Shown here: positions 31,554 to 42,140 of the stretch, piece by piece
Numbering within the stretch: position 1 is the first letter of the stretch
Layout: every line of letters starts with the position of its first letter
Source: an uncultured delta proteobacterium
GTDB lineage: Bacteria > Myxococcota_A > Polyangia > Polyangiales > Polyangiaceae
Direction: 5' to 3'
Length of the DNA: 64,000 nucleotides
Assembly (NCBI GenBank): GCA_963716725.1
Contig: CAVQUB010000014.1
Location: forward strand, 18,097 to 82,096
Position numbers and translations under genes: made by a program
Notes under the pieces: model-generated
What the model saw: the letters and a program-made list of their open reading frames with translations, nothing else
Database searches by the model: none
Told to the model about the DNA's origin: nothing

Positions 31554-32360
31554 ATGCGTTGCCGTCTGGTTGGGGTCCTCTCGCTCGTCGTCGCCGGCTT
31601 GGCCTGCTCGCCCAAGAACGACCGACCCGACAACGCCAACCTGGCCTGCGACTCGGGCAATTGCGTCAAGCCCGGTCCCGGGGGCGGCGGCGGCGGCAGC
31701 GCGGGGGACGCCGGCGTGGGATCCGACGTCGAGATCGACGCTCTCGGTGGTGTCAGCGTGACCGGGTCCATCGTCGAGCTCACCGGCGACGACTTCTACA
31801 ACGCGATCCCGTTCACGGCTCAGGCGACGGTCAGCCTCGAAGGCGCGGCAGGGCTGCCGGTCGAGGGCGCGTACTCGGGCTCGACCTTCATCGTCCATGG
31901 TGCCGCCGCGGGCCCGGGCGTCTGGGCCACGGTCACGCCCAAGCCCACGGGCATTCTGCCAACGATTCAGCCCGCCGATACCAGCGCTGCTTCCCTCGAG
32001 CTGGTGGTGGTTCCCGCCACCACCATCGACACCATCTACGCCTTCCTGTCGGTCCCGGAGCAGCGCGAGATCGGTGCGGCTCACGTCGTGGTCCGCTTCC
32101 TGAACGCCAAGACCGGCGTGCCCATCATGGGCGTCACCGTCTCGCACGGCGCCGACATCGTCAGCTACGACACGGGCGGTTCCTGGAGCGACACGGCGCC
32201 GGGCAGCGGCGCGGGCGGCTACGCCGTGATCGTGAACGTCTCCACCGCCAAGACTCCGAACCAACAGACCTTCAAGTTCAACGCGCCCACCGCGTCCGCC
32301 GGCGTCAGCCTGCTGGTGCAGCCCGACAGCGTGACTCTGGCCGACGTGCTGGTGGACTGA
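31554..32360 (+). CDS. Lipoprotein; paralog of 15463..16297
   Basis: MRCRLVGVLSLVVAGLAC lipobox, DRPDN, Gly linker, beta-rich domains. Confidence 0.75.
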   Translation: MRCRLVGVLSLVVAGLACSPKNDRPDNANLACDSGNCVKPGPGGGGGGSAGDAGVGSDVEIDALGGVSVTGSIVELTGDDFYNAIPFTAQATVSLEGAAGLPVEGAYSGSTFIVHGAAAGPGVWATVTPKPTGILPTIQPADTSAASLELVVVPATTIDTIYAFLSVPEQREIGAAHVVVRFLNAKTGVPIMGVTVSHGADIVSYDTGGSWSDTAPGSGAGGYAVIVNVSTAKTPNQQTFKFNAPTASAGVSLLVQPDSVTLADVLVD

Positions 32361-32384
32361 GCGAGACTCTGGTAATCGCCGCCG

Positions 32385-33227
32385 GTGGCCAAGCTCATCG
32401 ACGGCAAGCTTCACGCAAAGACGGTTCGGGACGAGGTCGCGGCGAAGGTGCAGGAGTTCGTCGCGGCGCGCGGGCGACGGCCGGGCTTGCACGTGGTGCT
32501 GGCCGGGGAGGATCCAGCCAGCGCGGTCTACGTGCGGAACAAGGAAAAAGCCGCGGAAGAGGTCGGCATCGCTGGAGCGGTGCACCGCCTGCCCGCGAGC
32601 GTCGGCGAGGCCGAGCTTTTGGCCCTGGTGCGGCGTCTGAACACCGACCCGAGCGTCGACGGGATTTTGGTGCAGCTCCCGCTGCCCAAGGGCATCTCCG
32701 CCGAAAAGGTCCTCGACGCCATCGATCCCGCCAAGGACGTCGACGGCTTCCACCCCGTCAACGTCGGTGCGCTCTGGACCGGAAGCCCGGGCCTCTTGCC
32801 CTGCACTCCGCGGGGCTGCATGCGCCTCTTGAAGGAGGCGGGCGCGTCTCTCGTCGGAGCGAACGCCGTGGTGATCGGGCGCAGCAACATCGTGGGCAAG
32901 CCCATGGCGGCGCTGCTGCTGGCCGAGCACGCGACGGTGACCCTGGCGCACTCGCGCACTCGGGATCTGCCCGGGCTGTGCCGGCAGGCCGACGTGATCG
33001 TGGCCGCCGTTGGCAAGGCCAAGATGGTCCAGGCCGAGTGGGTGAAGCCCGGCGCCATCGTGATCGACGTGGGCATGAACCGCGACGAACACGGCAAGCT
33101 GTGCGGCGACGTGGATTTCGCCAGCGTCGAGCCGGTGGCGGGAGCCATCACTCCGGTGCCCGGCGGGGTGGGGCCGATGACCATCGCGATGCTGCTCGAC
33201 AATACCCTCGAAGCCGCCCGGCGCTGA
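32385..33227 (+). CDS. folD: Bifunctional methylenetetrahydrofolate dehydrogenase/cyclohydrolase
   Basis: [46 protein letters not shown]. Confidence 0.97.
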   Translation: MAKLIDGKLHAKTVRDEVAAKVQEFVAARGRRPGLHVVLAGEDPASAVYVRNKEKAAEEVGIAGAVHRLPASVGEAELLALVRRLNTDPSVDGILVQLPLPKGISAEKVLDAIDPAKDVDGFHPVNVGALWTGSPGLLPCTPRGCMRLLKEAGASLVGANAVVIGRSNIVGKPMAALLLAEHATVTLAHSRTRDLPGLCRQADVIVAAVGKAKMVQAEWVKPGAIVIDVGMNRDEHGKLCGDVDFASVEPVAGAITPVPGGVGPMTIAMLLDNTLEAARR

Positions 33228-33230
33228 GCC

Positions 33231-33866
33231 TCAAGGCGGCGGGTAGCGGCTCGGATCCAGGGAATTTTCCAGGCAAATCGCCTGGAGCACTGCGTCTGCT
33301 CGCGCAAGCGTCGCGTCCATCGAGCCCGAGTTGTCGATCACGTGATCGGCGAGTTTCGCCTTCTCGGAGAGCGGCATTTGCGCCCGGATCCGCGCCTCGG
33401 CTTGCTCCCGAGTGCTGCCGTCACGCTGGGTGGTGCGCTCGATCTGGGTTGCGAGATCCACCACCACGACCACCAGCGGGCGCAGCGCGTCGGCCAGCCC
33501 GCTCTCGATCAGCAAGGGCACCTCGTAGCAGGCGAGGGGCTCGCCCCGCGCGGCCAGATCTTGCACGCGCGCCAGCGCGAGGTCGCGGACGAGCGGGTGA
33601 GTGATGGCGTTCAGATCGAGGCGCGCGGCTTCGTCGTTGAACACGATCTCGGCGAGCCGCAGGCGATCGAGGGCGCCGTCGTCGTCGATCACGCCGTCGC
33701 CGAAGCGCGCGCGGATCGCTGCGAGCCCCGCAGTGCCCGGCGCGACGACCTCCCGCGCCAACACGTCGGCGTCGACCACCGGCAGGCCCCGAGCGCGGAA
33801 CCGCGCGGCGACCGTGCTCTTGCCGGAGCCAATGCCGCCGGTGAGACCGAACACCGTGATGCTCAT
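33231..33866 (-). CDS. coaE: Dephospho-CoA kinase
   Basis: GLTGGIGSGKSTV, DADVLAREVV, LNAITHP, VPLLIE, RAQMP, VIDNSG. Confidence 0.95.
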   Translation of the reverse strand: MSITVFGLTGGIGSGKSTVAARFRARGLPVVDADVLAREVVAPGTAGLAAIRARFGDGVIDDDGALDRLRLAEIVFNDEAARLDLNAITHPLVRDLALARVQDLAARGEPLACYEVPLLIESGLADALRPLVVVVVDLATQIERTTQRDGSTREQAEARIRAQMPLSEKAKLADHVIDNSGSMDATLARADAVLQAICLENSLDPSRYPPP

Positions 33867-33934
33867 CGCGGGCCGGAGCATGCCGGTTTTTCCGGGGATT
33901 TGCCTGGTCCCGGCGCACCCTGTACAACTGTTCC

Positions 33935-35165
33935 GTGGATCTCACGCGCCGCCTCTCGCTGCTCGGCCCCGGCCGGCCGGCCTCGACCGAGGTGCCAGCC
34001 GAGAAGCTGGCGACCCTCGACGACCTGCGGGCGCGCATGGCGGAGATCCTCGGACGGCCGCCGGTGGAGCCCGTGCTGCCCGATCCCGGAAGTGACGCTC
34101 CTGCCCTTCGTGCGGCGCGAGACCGACCACGGCCCGCTCTGCGTTCGCCGGGAGCGCCTCGGCCGATCGCACCACGTGGGTCGCATGTGCGTGCACGACG
34201 CCGCCCGGGCGGATCCGCGCCTGCTCGCGCTCCTGGCCCTCGATCCGGGCCTGGCGGCGGTCGATCCGCGCGGCGCGCTCTACCTCGACACCGAGACCAC
34301 CGGGCTCGGCGGCGGCGCAGGGGTGCTCGCGTTCTTGGTGGGTTTGGCCTGGTTCGACGCCGACGGCGCCCTGGTGCTCGAGCAGCTGCTGCTGCAACGC
34401 CCCGGAGAAGAAGACGCCCTGCTCGAGCTCTTGCGCGAGCGCATCGAGGCGGCCAGCGTGCTGGTGACTTACAACGGAAAAGCCTTCGATTTGCCGCTTT
34501 TGCGCGGCCGTTGCGTGATGAACCGGCGCCCGGCGCTGCCCGCGCGACCGCACCTCGATCTCTTGCACGTCGCCCGCCGGCTCCACAAGCGCCGCCTCGG
34601 GGCCTGCCGGCTGATCGGGCTCGAGGCGGACGTGCTGGGCTACGTGCGGGTCGGTGACATCGAAGGTGGCGACGTCGCGGCCCGCTACGCTCACTACCTT
34701 CGCAGCGGCGACGAAGGCGCGCTGGCGGCCGTGGTCGAGCACAACGCGCTCGACGTCCTGAGCATGGCGGCGCTGGTGAGTCTGTACGGTGAACCCTTCG
34801 ACGCGCTCCACGACGAGGATTTGATCGGGCTCGCCCAGGTGCTCCGCCGGGCGAAGGCCCTGGACCAAGCCCGCGTGGTCGCGGAGCGGGCCGTGGAGCG
34901 CGCCGTCGATCCCGAGGCGCTGCGCGTGCGCGGCGAGATCGCCAAGGCCCGTGGCGACCGCGCCGCGGCGCTGCTCGACTTCGAGGCCTTCGCTCGGGAT
35001 GTGGACGATCAAGCGGTGCGGCTCGAGCTCGCGAAGCTCTACGAGCACCACCTAAAATCCCCGGAAAAGGCCCTGGAAATGCTGGGACAGGGCACTGGGG
35101 AGAGCGACGAGGGACTCGCGCGCCGCCGCGCACGGCTCGAGAAGAAAGCCGCCCGCCGCCGCTGA
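33935..35165 (+). CDS. RNase H-like (DEDD) exonuclease with TPR tail, YprB/MrfB family (frameshift near 34090)
   Basis: YLDTETTGL, TYNGKAFDLP, HLDLLH, HNALDV, ELAKLYEH. Confidence 0.88.
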
Positions 35166-35213
35166 CGCCGCCGTCGCGTCCGCCGGCCGCGCGGTGCTAT
35201 ACGCGTGGCCACC

Positions 35214-37848
35214 ATGGCTTACGACCACCGAGCGGTGGAACCGCGCTGGCAGAAGTACTGGGAAGAGCACGAGACCTTCCGAGTCAAGCGTCGCCCCGGG
35301 CGGCCCAAGGCCTACGTGCTCGACATGTTCCCCTATCCCTCCGGCGCGGGGCTGCACGTGGGGCACCCGGAGGGCTACACCGCGACGGACATCTTCGCGC
35401 GCTACAAGCGCATGAACGGCTTCGACGTCCTGCACCCCATGGGCTGGGACGCCTTCGGGCTGCCTGCCGAGCAGCACGCCATCAACACCGGGACGCACCC
35501 CGCCACCACCACCAACGAGAACATCGAGATCTTCCGCCGGCAGCTCAAGTCGCTGGGCTTCTTCTACGACTGGTCCCGCGAGGTGAACACCACCGACCCC
35601 GGCTACTTCAAGTGGACCCAGTGGATCTTCCTGAAGCTGTTCCACCGCGGACTGGCGTTTCAGGCCGAAAGTCCGGTCAATTGGTGCCCCGCGCTGGGCA
35701 CCGTGCTGGCCAACGAAGAGGTCATCGACGGCAAGAGCGAACGCGGTGATTTCCCCGTCGTGCGCCAGCCGCTCCGCCAGTGGCAGCTTCGGATCACCGC
35801 CTACGCCGATCGCCTCGCCGAGGAGCTCGAGCCCCTCGACTGGCCGGCCACCAAGCAGAAGCAGCGCGAATGGATCGGCAAGAGCGAGGGCGCCGAGGTC
35901 GACTTCCCGCTGGTCGGGCACGCCGGCCACCTGACGGTCTACACGACGCGCCCCGACACGCTCTTCGGCGCGACCTACATGGTGATCGCGCCGGACCATC
36001 GGTTCACGCTCGAGATCACCGCGCCCGATCGCCGGGACGAGGTCGAGAAGTACGTCAAGGCGGCCTCGCGCAAGAGCGACATGGAGCGCACCGCGCTCAA
36101 CAAAGAGAAGACCGGCGTGGCCACCGGCGCGCGCGCGCGGAACCCGCTCACTGGCAAAGAAATCCCGATTTTCACCGCAGATTACGTGCTTGGAGCCTAC
36201 GGCACCGGGGCCATCATGGCGGTGCCGGGGCACGACGAACGGGACTTCGAGTTCGCGCAGATGTTCGCGCTGCCCGTCGTCGAGGTGGTGAGCCCCGACG
36301 GCGCGCTGCACGACGCCCTGGGCGCGGCCTACGTCGACGACGGCGTCGCCGTGCGATCGGGGAAGTTCGACGGCCTGCCCACGGCCGAGGCGAAGTCGAG
36401 CATCACGACCTTCCTCGAAGAGCAGGGCATCGGTCGCCGCAAGGTGAACTACAAGCTGCGGGACTGGGTGTTCTCGCGGCAGCGCTACTGGGGCGAGCCG
36501 ATCCCCGTCTACTTTCCGGTAAAAACCCAGGGTGATCCCCGCCAAGGCGCGGCCTACGAGATCGACTACTCGACGCCCATCGCCGTGGACGAAGCCGAGC
36601 TGCCGCTCCTGCTGCCGGAGCTCGAAGACTACAAGCCCGGCGATCCCGCGGGTCCGCTGGCGAAGGCCCTGGACTGGCGTTTCTTCCAGAAGGACGGCAG
36701 CTGGTTCGCCCGCGAGACCAACACCATGCCCCAGTGGGCGGGATCGTGTTGGTACTACCTGCGCTTCCTGGATCCGCACAACGACAGCGAGATTTTCAGC
36801 CAGCAGGCCTACGACGACTGGATGCCCGTGGACCTGTACATGGGCGGCTCCGAGCACGCGGTGCTCCACCTGCTCTACGCTCGTTTCTGGCACAAAGTGC
36901 TGTTCGACGTCGGCGTGGTGAAGCACCCCGAGCCCTTCAGTAAGCTGGTCCACCAAGGCATGATCTTGGGCGAACCCCAGATGACCGCGTATCGCGGCGC
37001 GAACGCCGCCTTCGTCTCCGCCGATCTGGCTCGCACCGACGACGACGACCGGGTGGTGCACCGGGAGACCGGTGAGGCCCTCGAGGTCGCGCGGGTCGAC
37101 GAGAGCGCGGTCGAGAAACGGGGCGGCCACTTCGTGCTCAAGGACAGCCCCGAGGTGAAGGTCCAGTCCATCGCCTTCAAGATGAGCAAGAGCCGCGGCA
37201 ACGTGGTGAACCCCGACGACGTCGTGCAGGACGCCGGCGCCGACAGCCTCCGGGTCTACGAGATGTTCATGGGTCCCCTCGAGCAGGTGAAGCCCTGGCA
37301 GACCGCGGGCATCCAGGGCGTCCGCCGCTTCCTCGATCGGGTGCACACCCTGTCGACTCGGGAGCTGTCTGGCGAGATGAGCGCCGAGACCGCGAAGCTG
37401 GTCCACCGGACCGTGAAGAAGGTGGGGGAGGACATCGAAGGGCTGCGCTTCAACACCGCCATCAGCGCCATGATGATCCTTGCCAACCACTTGAACGGTC
37501 TCCAGCCAACGCCGCGAGAAGCCTTGGAAAAATTGACGCTCTGCCTGTCGACCTTTGCGCCGCATCTGGGCGAAGAGATTCTGGGAGCGACTGGGCCACC
37601 CGCCGACGGTTCTGGACGTGCCCTGGCCCACCCACGACCCGGCCCTGTGCGTGGACGACCAGGTCGAGGTCGTGGTGCAGGTCAACGGAAAGGTGAGGGG
37701 TCGCGCGGTGTTGGCGCAGGACGCCAGCGAGGACGCCGCTCGGGCTGCGGCCCTCGAGGACGAGAACGTCAGCCGGCACGTGGCGGACAAGCAAATCCGG
37801 AAGGTGGTCTACGTCCCGGGGCGCGTGCTGAACCTGATCGTGGGCTGA
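35214..37848 (+). CDS. leuS: Leucine--tRNA ligase (frameshift near 37580)
   Basis: [51 protein letters not shown]…[12 protein letters not shown]. Confidence 0.97.
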
Positions 37849-37909
37849 ACGCGCGCTGCTGAACGCGCGTATTCCCAACTGAACACAAGCACTTGTGTTG
37901 AAAACTTGA

Positions 37910-37925
37910 TGTTTCCCGTGAAACG
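37910..37925. promoter_or_regulatory. parS-like palindrome
   Basis: TGTTTCCCGTGAAACG vs consensus TGTTTCACGTGAAACA (14/16), in an AT-richer intergenic patch. Confidence 0.45.
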
Positions 37926-37926
37926 T

Positions 37927-38448
37927 GTGGCGGGTAGCTCCGCGACTTTGCTCGGCCTTGTCCTGGCCCTGCTGGGCCCCGGAGCTTGTGGGTATCGACC
38001 GGTCCACGGCGGCGAGCAGCCCTCCCGCCTGTCGTTGGTGGCTGCGCCGGCCCTGGCGCCGGACGCCGAAGCGACGGGGGCGGCGCTGTCGGGGGCCCGG
38101 GCCGAGCTCGGGCGGGAAGGGGTGTTGGGGTCACCCACCGGGTACCCCCGGCTGGTGATCGAGCTGGTTCGGGTGGACGCCGAGGCGGCCGCCATCTCTG
38201 CGAGGGGCGACCAGCCCCTGGGGCGGGGCACGCGGATCACCGTCGTCGTCCGGGGCTGGGTCGAGGACTCGGCGGGGGCGTCGCCTTCGCGAGTCACCGG
38301 TGACCTCAGGCGGGCCGTGGTGACCGCGGAGGGGGCAGGCGGCGCTGAGGCGGCCGCGTCGCGCCGGGATGCGGCCAGGCGGGCAGGGGAGGCTGCTGGA
38401 CGGGCCGTCGCCCGGCACGTGTTGGGGATCCCGACCGCCCGGGACTGA
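37927..38448 (+). CDS. LptE-like lipoprotein
   Basis: GACGYRP lipobox typical of LptE; lies directly after leuS (conserved leuS-lptE synteny). Start GTG 37927 or ATG 37909. Confidence 0.6.
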   Translation: MAGSSATLLGLVLALLGPGACGYRPVHGGEQPSRLSLVAAPALAPDAEATGAALSGARAELGREGVLGSPTGYPRLVIELVRVDAEAAAISARGDQPLGRGTRITVVVRGWVEDSAGASPSRVTGDLRRAVVTAEGAGGAEAAASRRDAARRAGEAAGRAVARHVLGIPTARD

Positions 38449-38452
38449 TCCG

Positions 38453-39007
38453 GTCGTGGGCCGAATCCAGAAAAATCCCCTCACTTTCTGCGAAGAAAGC
38501 CGCAACTGTTTCGGAGTGAGGCCCGACCCCACGGGGATGGCACAGGAAGGGCGAAAGCTCGGAAGATTTGGGGATGGGACGGACGAGGTGATCGGTGCGC
38601 TGATCGAGGTGCATCGGCATCTCGGTCCAGGGCTGATGGAATCCGCATACGAGGCATGTCTATCTGCCGAGCTGTCCGAACGACGGCTCAAGTTCGAGCG
38701 GCAGCGACCGCTACCAATCCGCTGCGGGGGCGTGCACCTTGACAGCGCCTATCGCCTCGACCTGGTCGCTTCCAGATCATATCCTCCTGGAGCTCAAGGC
38801 GGTCGAGCGGCTGCTCCCGATTCACGAAGCGCAGGTCATCACCGATCTGCGCCTTTCGCAGTTGCCTGTCGGCCTGCTCGTCAACTTCAACGTGACCGCG
38901 CTCAGAAATGGCCTGCGGAGGCTCACGCCTGACCACCCCAAATCCTTTCGCTCTTCCGCCCTTCCTGTGAGAGCCCAAATGAGCGCGGGTTCAGCCGCGC
39001 GGCACTA
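38453..39007. mobile_element. Second, left-truncated copy of the IS630/GxxExxY element
   Basis: Near-identical to 18126-18810 without the 148-bp array expansion; ends ttcagccgcgcggcacTA (right terminal repeat), with the TA in the stop codon of the DUF72 gene. Confidence 0.8.
38537..38990 (+). CDS. GxxExxY protein copy 2, same +1 frameshift near 38774
   Basis: Same translation as copy 1 except Y to D in QVITDLRL; the frame reads on to a stop at 39071. Confidence 0.85.
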
Positions 39008-39655
39008 CGGCCGCATCGCCTTCTTGAAGCGCTTGGCGTCCGCGAACATGTCCACGTTCGTGAACACGTAGGTCGCCTCTTGGTCGAGGTCGGCGCTGGC
39101 GATTTCAGCGAGCTTCTCGATGGCGGGATCTTCGTAGCGGGACTTGTGGCCAGCGGGTCCCGGGAGGCGGTAGTAGGCCACTGAACGTTTGGATAGACCG
39201 TGCGTCAGCGGATCGCGCGCGGCGAGGCTCCTGGTCTCTTCCGCGAGCGCGTCAGCGTCGTCGGGATCCCAGGCGGAGCCTGGCTCGAACACGATTCGGT
39301 TGAACTGTTCGCGGACCGACTTGAGGAAGTCTTTCAGCGCGCTGCGGTTGGCGCGGGAGGCGGTGAAGTCGGACGGGGCGACGAAGATCGCCGTGGAGGC
39401 GTCCAGCTCGGCCGCCACATCGCTCAGCTGCTTGAGGGCAGTCTCGATCACTTTTCCCTCGCGAAACCCCTCCTGGCCCACCTGGCGCGGCCCGAGCAGC
39501 GCAAACTCGAAACCTTCCGGAGCCTCGCGGCGCCAACGACGCAAAGTGCCCGGGCCGGGGACCGCGAGGTGGGTCTCCTGCACTTCGACGAAGAGGTACT
39601 CTTTGAAGTACCTAGTCGCAGGGACAGCGAATCCCGCGCATCCGACCGTCAACAT
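39005..39655 (-). CDS. DUF72 family protein
   Basis: VGCAGF…FVEVQET…RWRREAPEGFEF…YYRLPG…YVFTN. Confidence 0.8.
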   Translation of the reverse strand: MLTVGCAGFAVPATRYFKEYLFVEVQETHLAVPGPGTLRRWRREAPEGFEFALLGPRQVGQEGFREGKVIETALKQLSDVAAELDASTAIFVAPSDFTASRANRSALKDFLKSVREQFNRIVFEPGSAWDPDDADALAEETRSLAARDPLTHGLSKRSVAYYRLPGPAGHKSRYEDPAIEKLAEIASADLDQEATYVFTNVDMFADAKRFKKAMRP

Positions 39656-39755
39656 GGGCGGGCAACGCTACCACAAGGGCGGGCCCCGTCCACGACCACA
39701 AAACGCGAACGCCCGAGACATCGTCCCGGGCGTCCGTGAGGTTGGCGAGTTCAGC

Positions 39756-40340
39756 TCACTTCTTGGTGAAGCACTCGGTCAAACAGCCCGTGTCCAGGCA
39801 AGCGATGAGGTCGCTGGTGGCGCCAGCCACCGTGCCGCAGGACGGGGTCGCGCACTGACCGGCGCAGGTGCCCTTGGCCGTGCTCGGATCCGTGCCCTTG
39901 TCGAGCTCGGCCGTGTAGCAGGTCTGGAAGCACGGCATTTCTCCGTCGCCATCCTTCGGGCCGCCCTCCCAGCAGGGGTTGCCCGGGGCCGTTGCCACGC
40001 AAACCTGGAACTCGGTGCAGCATTTGGCCTTGATGCAGGTCTGACAGGCGTCGGTGGTGTCGCTGGGCTCACAGCTGCCGGGGGTGCCCGGCACGCCGCC
40101 GGTGGCCGGCTCGCACTCGTAGCCCGCCGAGCCGCCGGTCGCGCCGCCGGAGCCCGAAGCTCCGCCGGTTCCGCCGGTCGTTCCGCCGGTTCCGCCGGTC
40201 GTTCCGCCGGTTCCGCCGGTCGTTCCGCCGGTTCCGCCCGTGTTCTCGTCATCGCCGTCGCCGACTACGCAGCCGCCCATGATTGCGAACGAAGTGACCA
40301 ATCCGACCGCTGCCAGTGTACGCCAAGCATTTTTCATCAT
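39756..40340 (-). CDS. Lipoprotein with GGT repeat linker and Cys-rich domain
   Basis: MGGC lipobox, TGGTGGT repeats, CQTCIKAKCC…C…LIACLDTGC. Confidence 0.8.
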   Translation of the reverse strand: MMKNAWRTLAAVGLVTSFAIMGGCVVGDGDDENTGGTGGTTGGTGGTTGGTGGTTGGTGGASGSGGATGGSAGYECEPATGGVPGTPGSCEPSDTTDACQTCIKAKCCTEFQVCVATAPGNPCWEGGPKDGDGEMPCFQTCYTAELDKGTDPSTAKGTCAGQCATPSCGTVAGATSDLIACLDTGCLTECFTKK

Positions 40341-40580
40341 CGATCTCCCTGTGGTGCCCCAAAAGTCCAACCGCCGCTCGAGCCTATTTTTCAGCGCGCA
40401 GGCCTGATGGGCAAGCCCGAGCTTTGCACAGTCCTCACTCGGTCGCCATCTTCCGGGACGCTGTCGCCGAATACCCGAACATACGTAACTTGAAGCGCAA
40501 AATTCCCGAAACCAACCAGCTCTCACCGCGCCCTACATGAGCCGCGGGATCACGCCGGTTCGACGGAGTTGCCCGAGGCC

Positions 40581-42140
40581 TTATTCGCCCTTGGGCTCGC
40601 GGCGCCGGAAAAAGGCCATCCCCAGGGCGGCAGCGCTGACGAGCCACCAGGGGGCGTCGCCCACCGCTCCGTACAGCGTCCATGGTCGGAGCCAGGCGAT
40701 CTCCGCGGCGATGGCTTCCTGGCGGAAGGTGCCGGTGTGGCCCGCGACCCGGCCCACCGGATCGACGAAGGCGCTGACGCCGCTGTTGGTGGACCGCACC
40801 AGGAACCGGCGGTGCTCGACGGCGCGCAGCTTGGCCAACGCCAGGTGGATCCAGGGCTCCGTGGTGTCGCCGAACCAAGCGTCGTTGGTGATGTTCACCA
40901 GCAGGTCGGTGGGTCCGGTCCGGACGATGGACCGCACGAACGAAGCGCTGATGTCCTCGTAGCAAATGAAAGTGGCCAGGCCGTGGCCGTCGAGTTGCAG
41001 CGGCGCCAAGGTCTTTCCGGGCGTGAAGCGGCCGGAGTTCCGCGAAATCTCATAGAGCTTGGGGAACTGCTCGCCGAAGGGCAGGTACTCGCCGAAGGCG
41101 AGCAAGAACTGCTTGTCGTAGCGCCCCGTGACCTCTCCCCGGGCGTCGCTGAGCAGCGCCGAGTTGAACAGCACGTAGCCCCGGGCGTCGTCCACCCGCC
41201 GCACCAGCACCGCCCCGAAGATCGCGGGCGCGCCCAACGACGCCGTGAATTGGTTGCGGTACATCGCCGGGGCGATCTCTTCGTCTTGCGGGGAGACCAC
41301 GCTGGTTTCGCTCCAAACCACCAGGTCGAGGGGACCGGCGGCTTGCAGTTCGCGCGTGAGGGCGAGGTGTCGGCGCAGGCCCTCCTGTTTGGCCTGACGC
41401 TTGCCCATCAGGCTCATGTTCGCCTGCACGATCCCGACTCGGGCCTTGGGCGCGGCCCGGGTCTGGGCATCGACCATCGGGATGCGGACGAGGCCGTAGA
41501 TCGCTGCGGCGACCGGCACCCCGGCCAAGGCGCCCACCACGCGCATTCGGGGCTTGCGCCCCTCGAGCTTGGCGACGATCGGCTCTGCGATGGCGAGGTT
41601 GGCGGCCACCAGGACCAGCCCGACGGCGATGGGCCCGCCGAGCTCGGCCAGCTGCAGCAGGGCCGGGATCTGGTGCACCGTCGCCGCGTAGGCCCAGGGG
41701 AACAGGAGCGGAAAGAGCAGCTCGCTCGCGGTGAAGGCCGCCGCGAACGCCACGCCGGCGGGCCAGCCGCGATGGGCGGCCCGGGCGTAGAGCCACCCGC
41801 ACAGCGCCATGCGTCCGGCCTGGTACGCGCACAGGATCGACATGAAGACCAGGCACAGCGCCGTGGGAAAGCCGCTGAAGATCTTCAGCATGTCGAGCAG
41901 CCAATAGAAGCCACACATCGTCATGGTGAAGCCGGCGAGCCAGCCGAGGCCGGCGCCGGTACGGGGTCGCTGGGCGCGCAGCGCGAGGATCAGCGGCACG
42001 AACGCCACGAAGCCCAGCGGCCACAGATCGACGCCCGGAAACGCCAAAAAATAGAGCAGGCCGGACAGCAGCGCGAGGGCGGTGGCCGGGCGCTTCTTCA
42101 GCGGAAAAACCCCGGCAGGGGGGGCCTCGTCGTCGGTCAT
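40581..42140 (-). CDS. lnt: Apolipoprotein N-acyltransferase
   Basis: IVQAN, VVWSET, YDKQFLLAFGEYLP, ICYED, NITNDAWFG, RAVE, RSTNSGVS. Confidence 0.93.
   Translation of the reverse strand: MTDDEAPPAGVFPLKKRPATALALLSGLLYFLAFPGVDLWPLGFVAFVPLILALRAQRPRTGAGLGWLAGFTMTMCGFYWLLDMLKIFSGFPTALCLVFMSILCAYQAGRMALCGWLYARAAHRGWPAGVAFAAAFTASELLFPLLFPWAYAATVHQIPALLQLAELGGPIAVGLVLVAANLAIAEPIVAKLEGRKPRMRVVGALAGVPVAAAIYGLVRIPMVDAQTRAAPKARVGIVQANMSLMGKRQAKQEGLRRHLALTRELQAAGPLDLVVWSETSVVSPQDEEIAPAMYRNQFTASLGAPAIFGAVLVRRVDDARGYVLFNSALLSDARGEVTGRYDKQFLLAFGEYLPFGEQFPKLYEISRNSGRFTPGKTLAPLQLDGHGLATFICYEDISASFVRSIVRTGPTDLLVNITNDAWFGDTTEPWIHLALAKLRAVEHRRFLVRSTNSGVSAFVDPVGRVAGHTGTFRQEAIAAEIAWLRPWTLYGAVGDAPWWLVSAAALGMAFFRRREPKGE

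Noticed and set aside
35052..37790. Long antisense ORFs (this 912-aa one, 24719..27061, 13561..15669, the 5' part of 40569..43934)
   Set aside because: Shadow frames of real genes in high-GC DNA.
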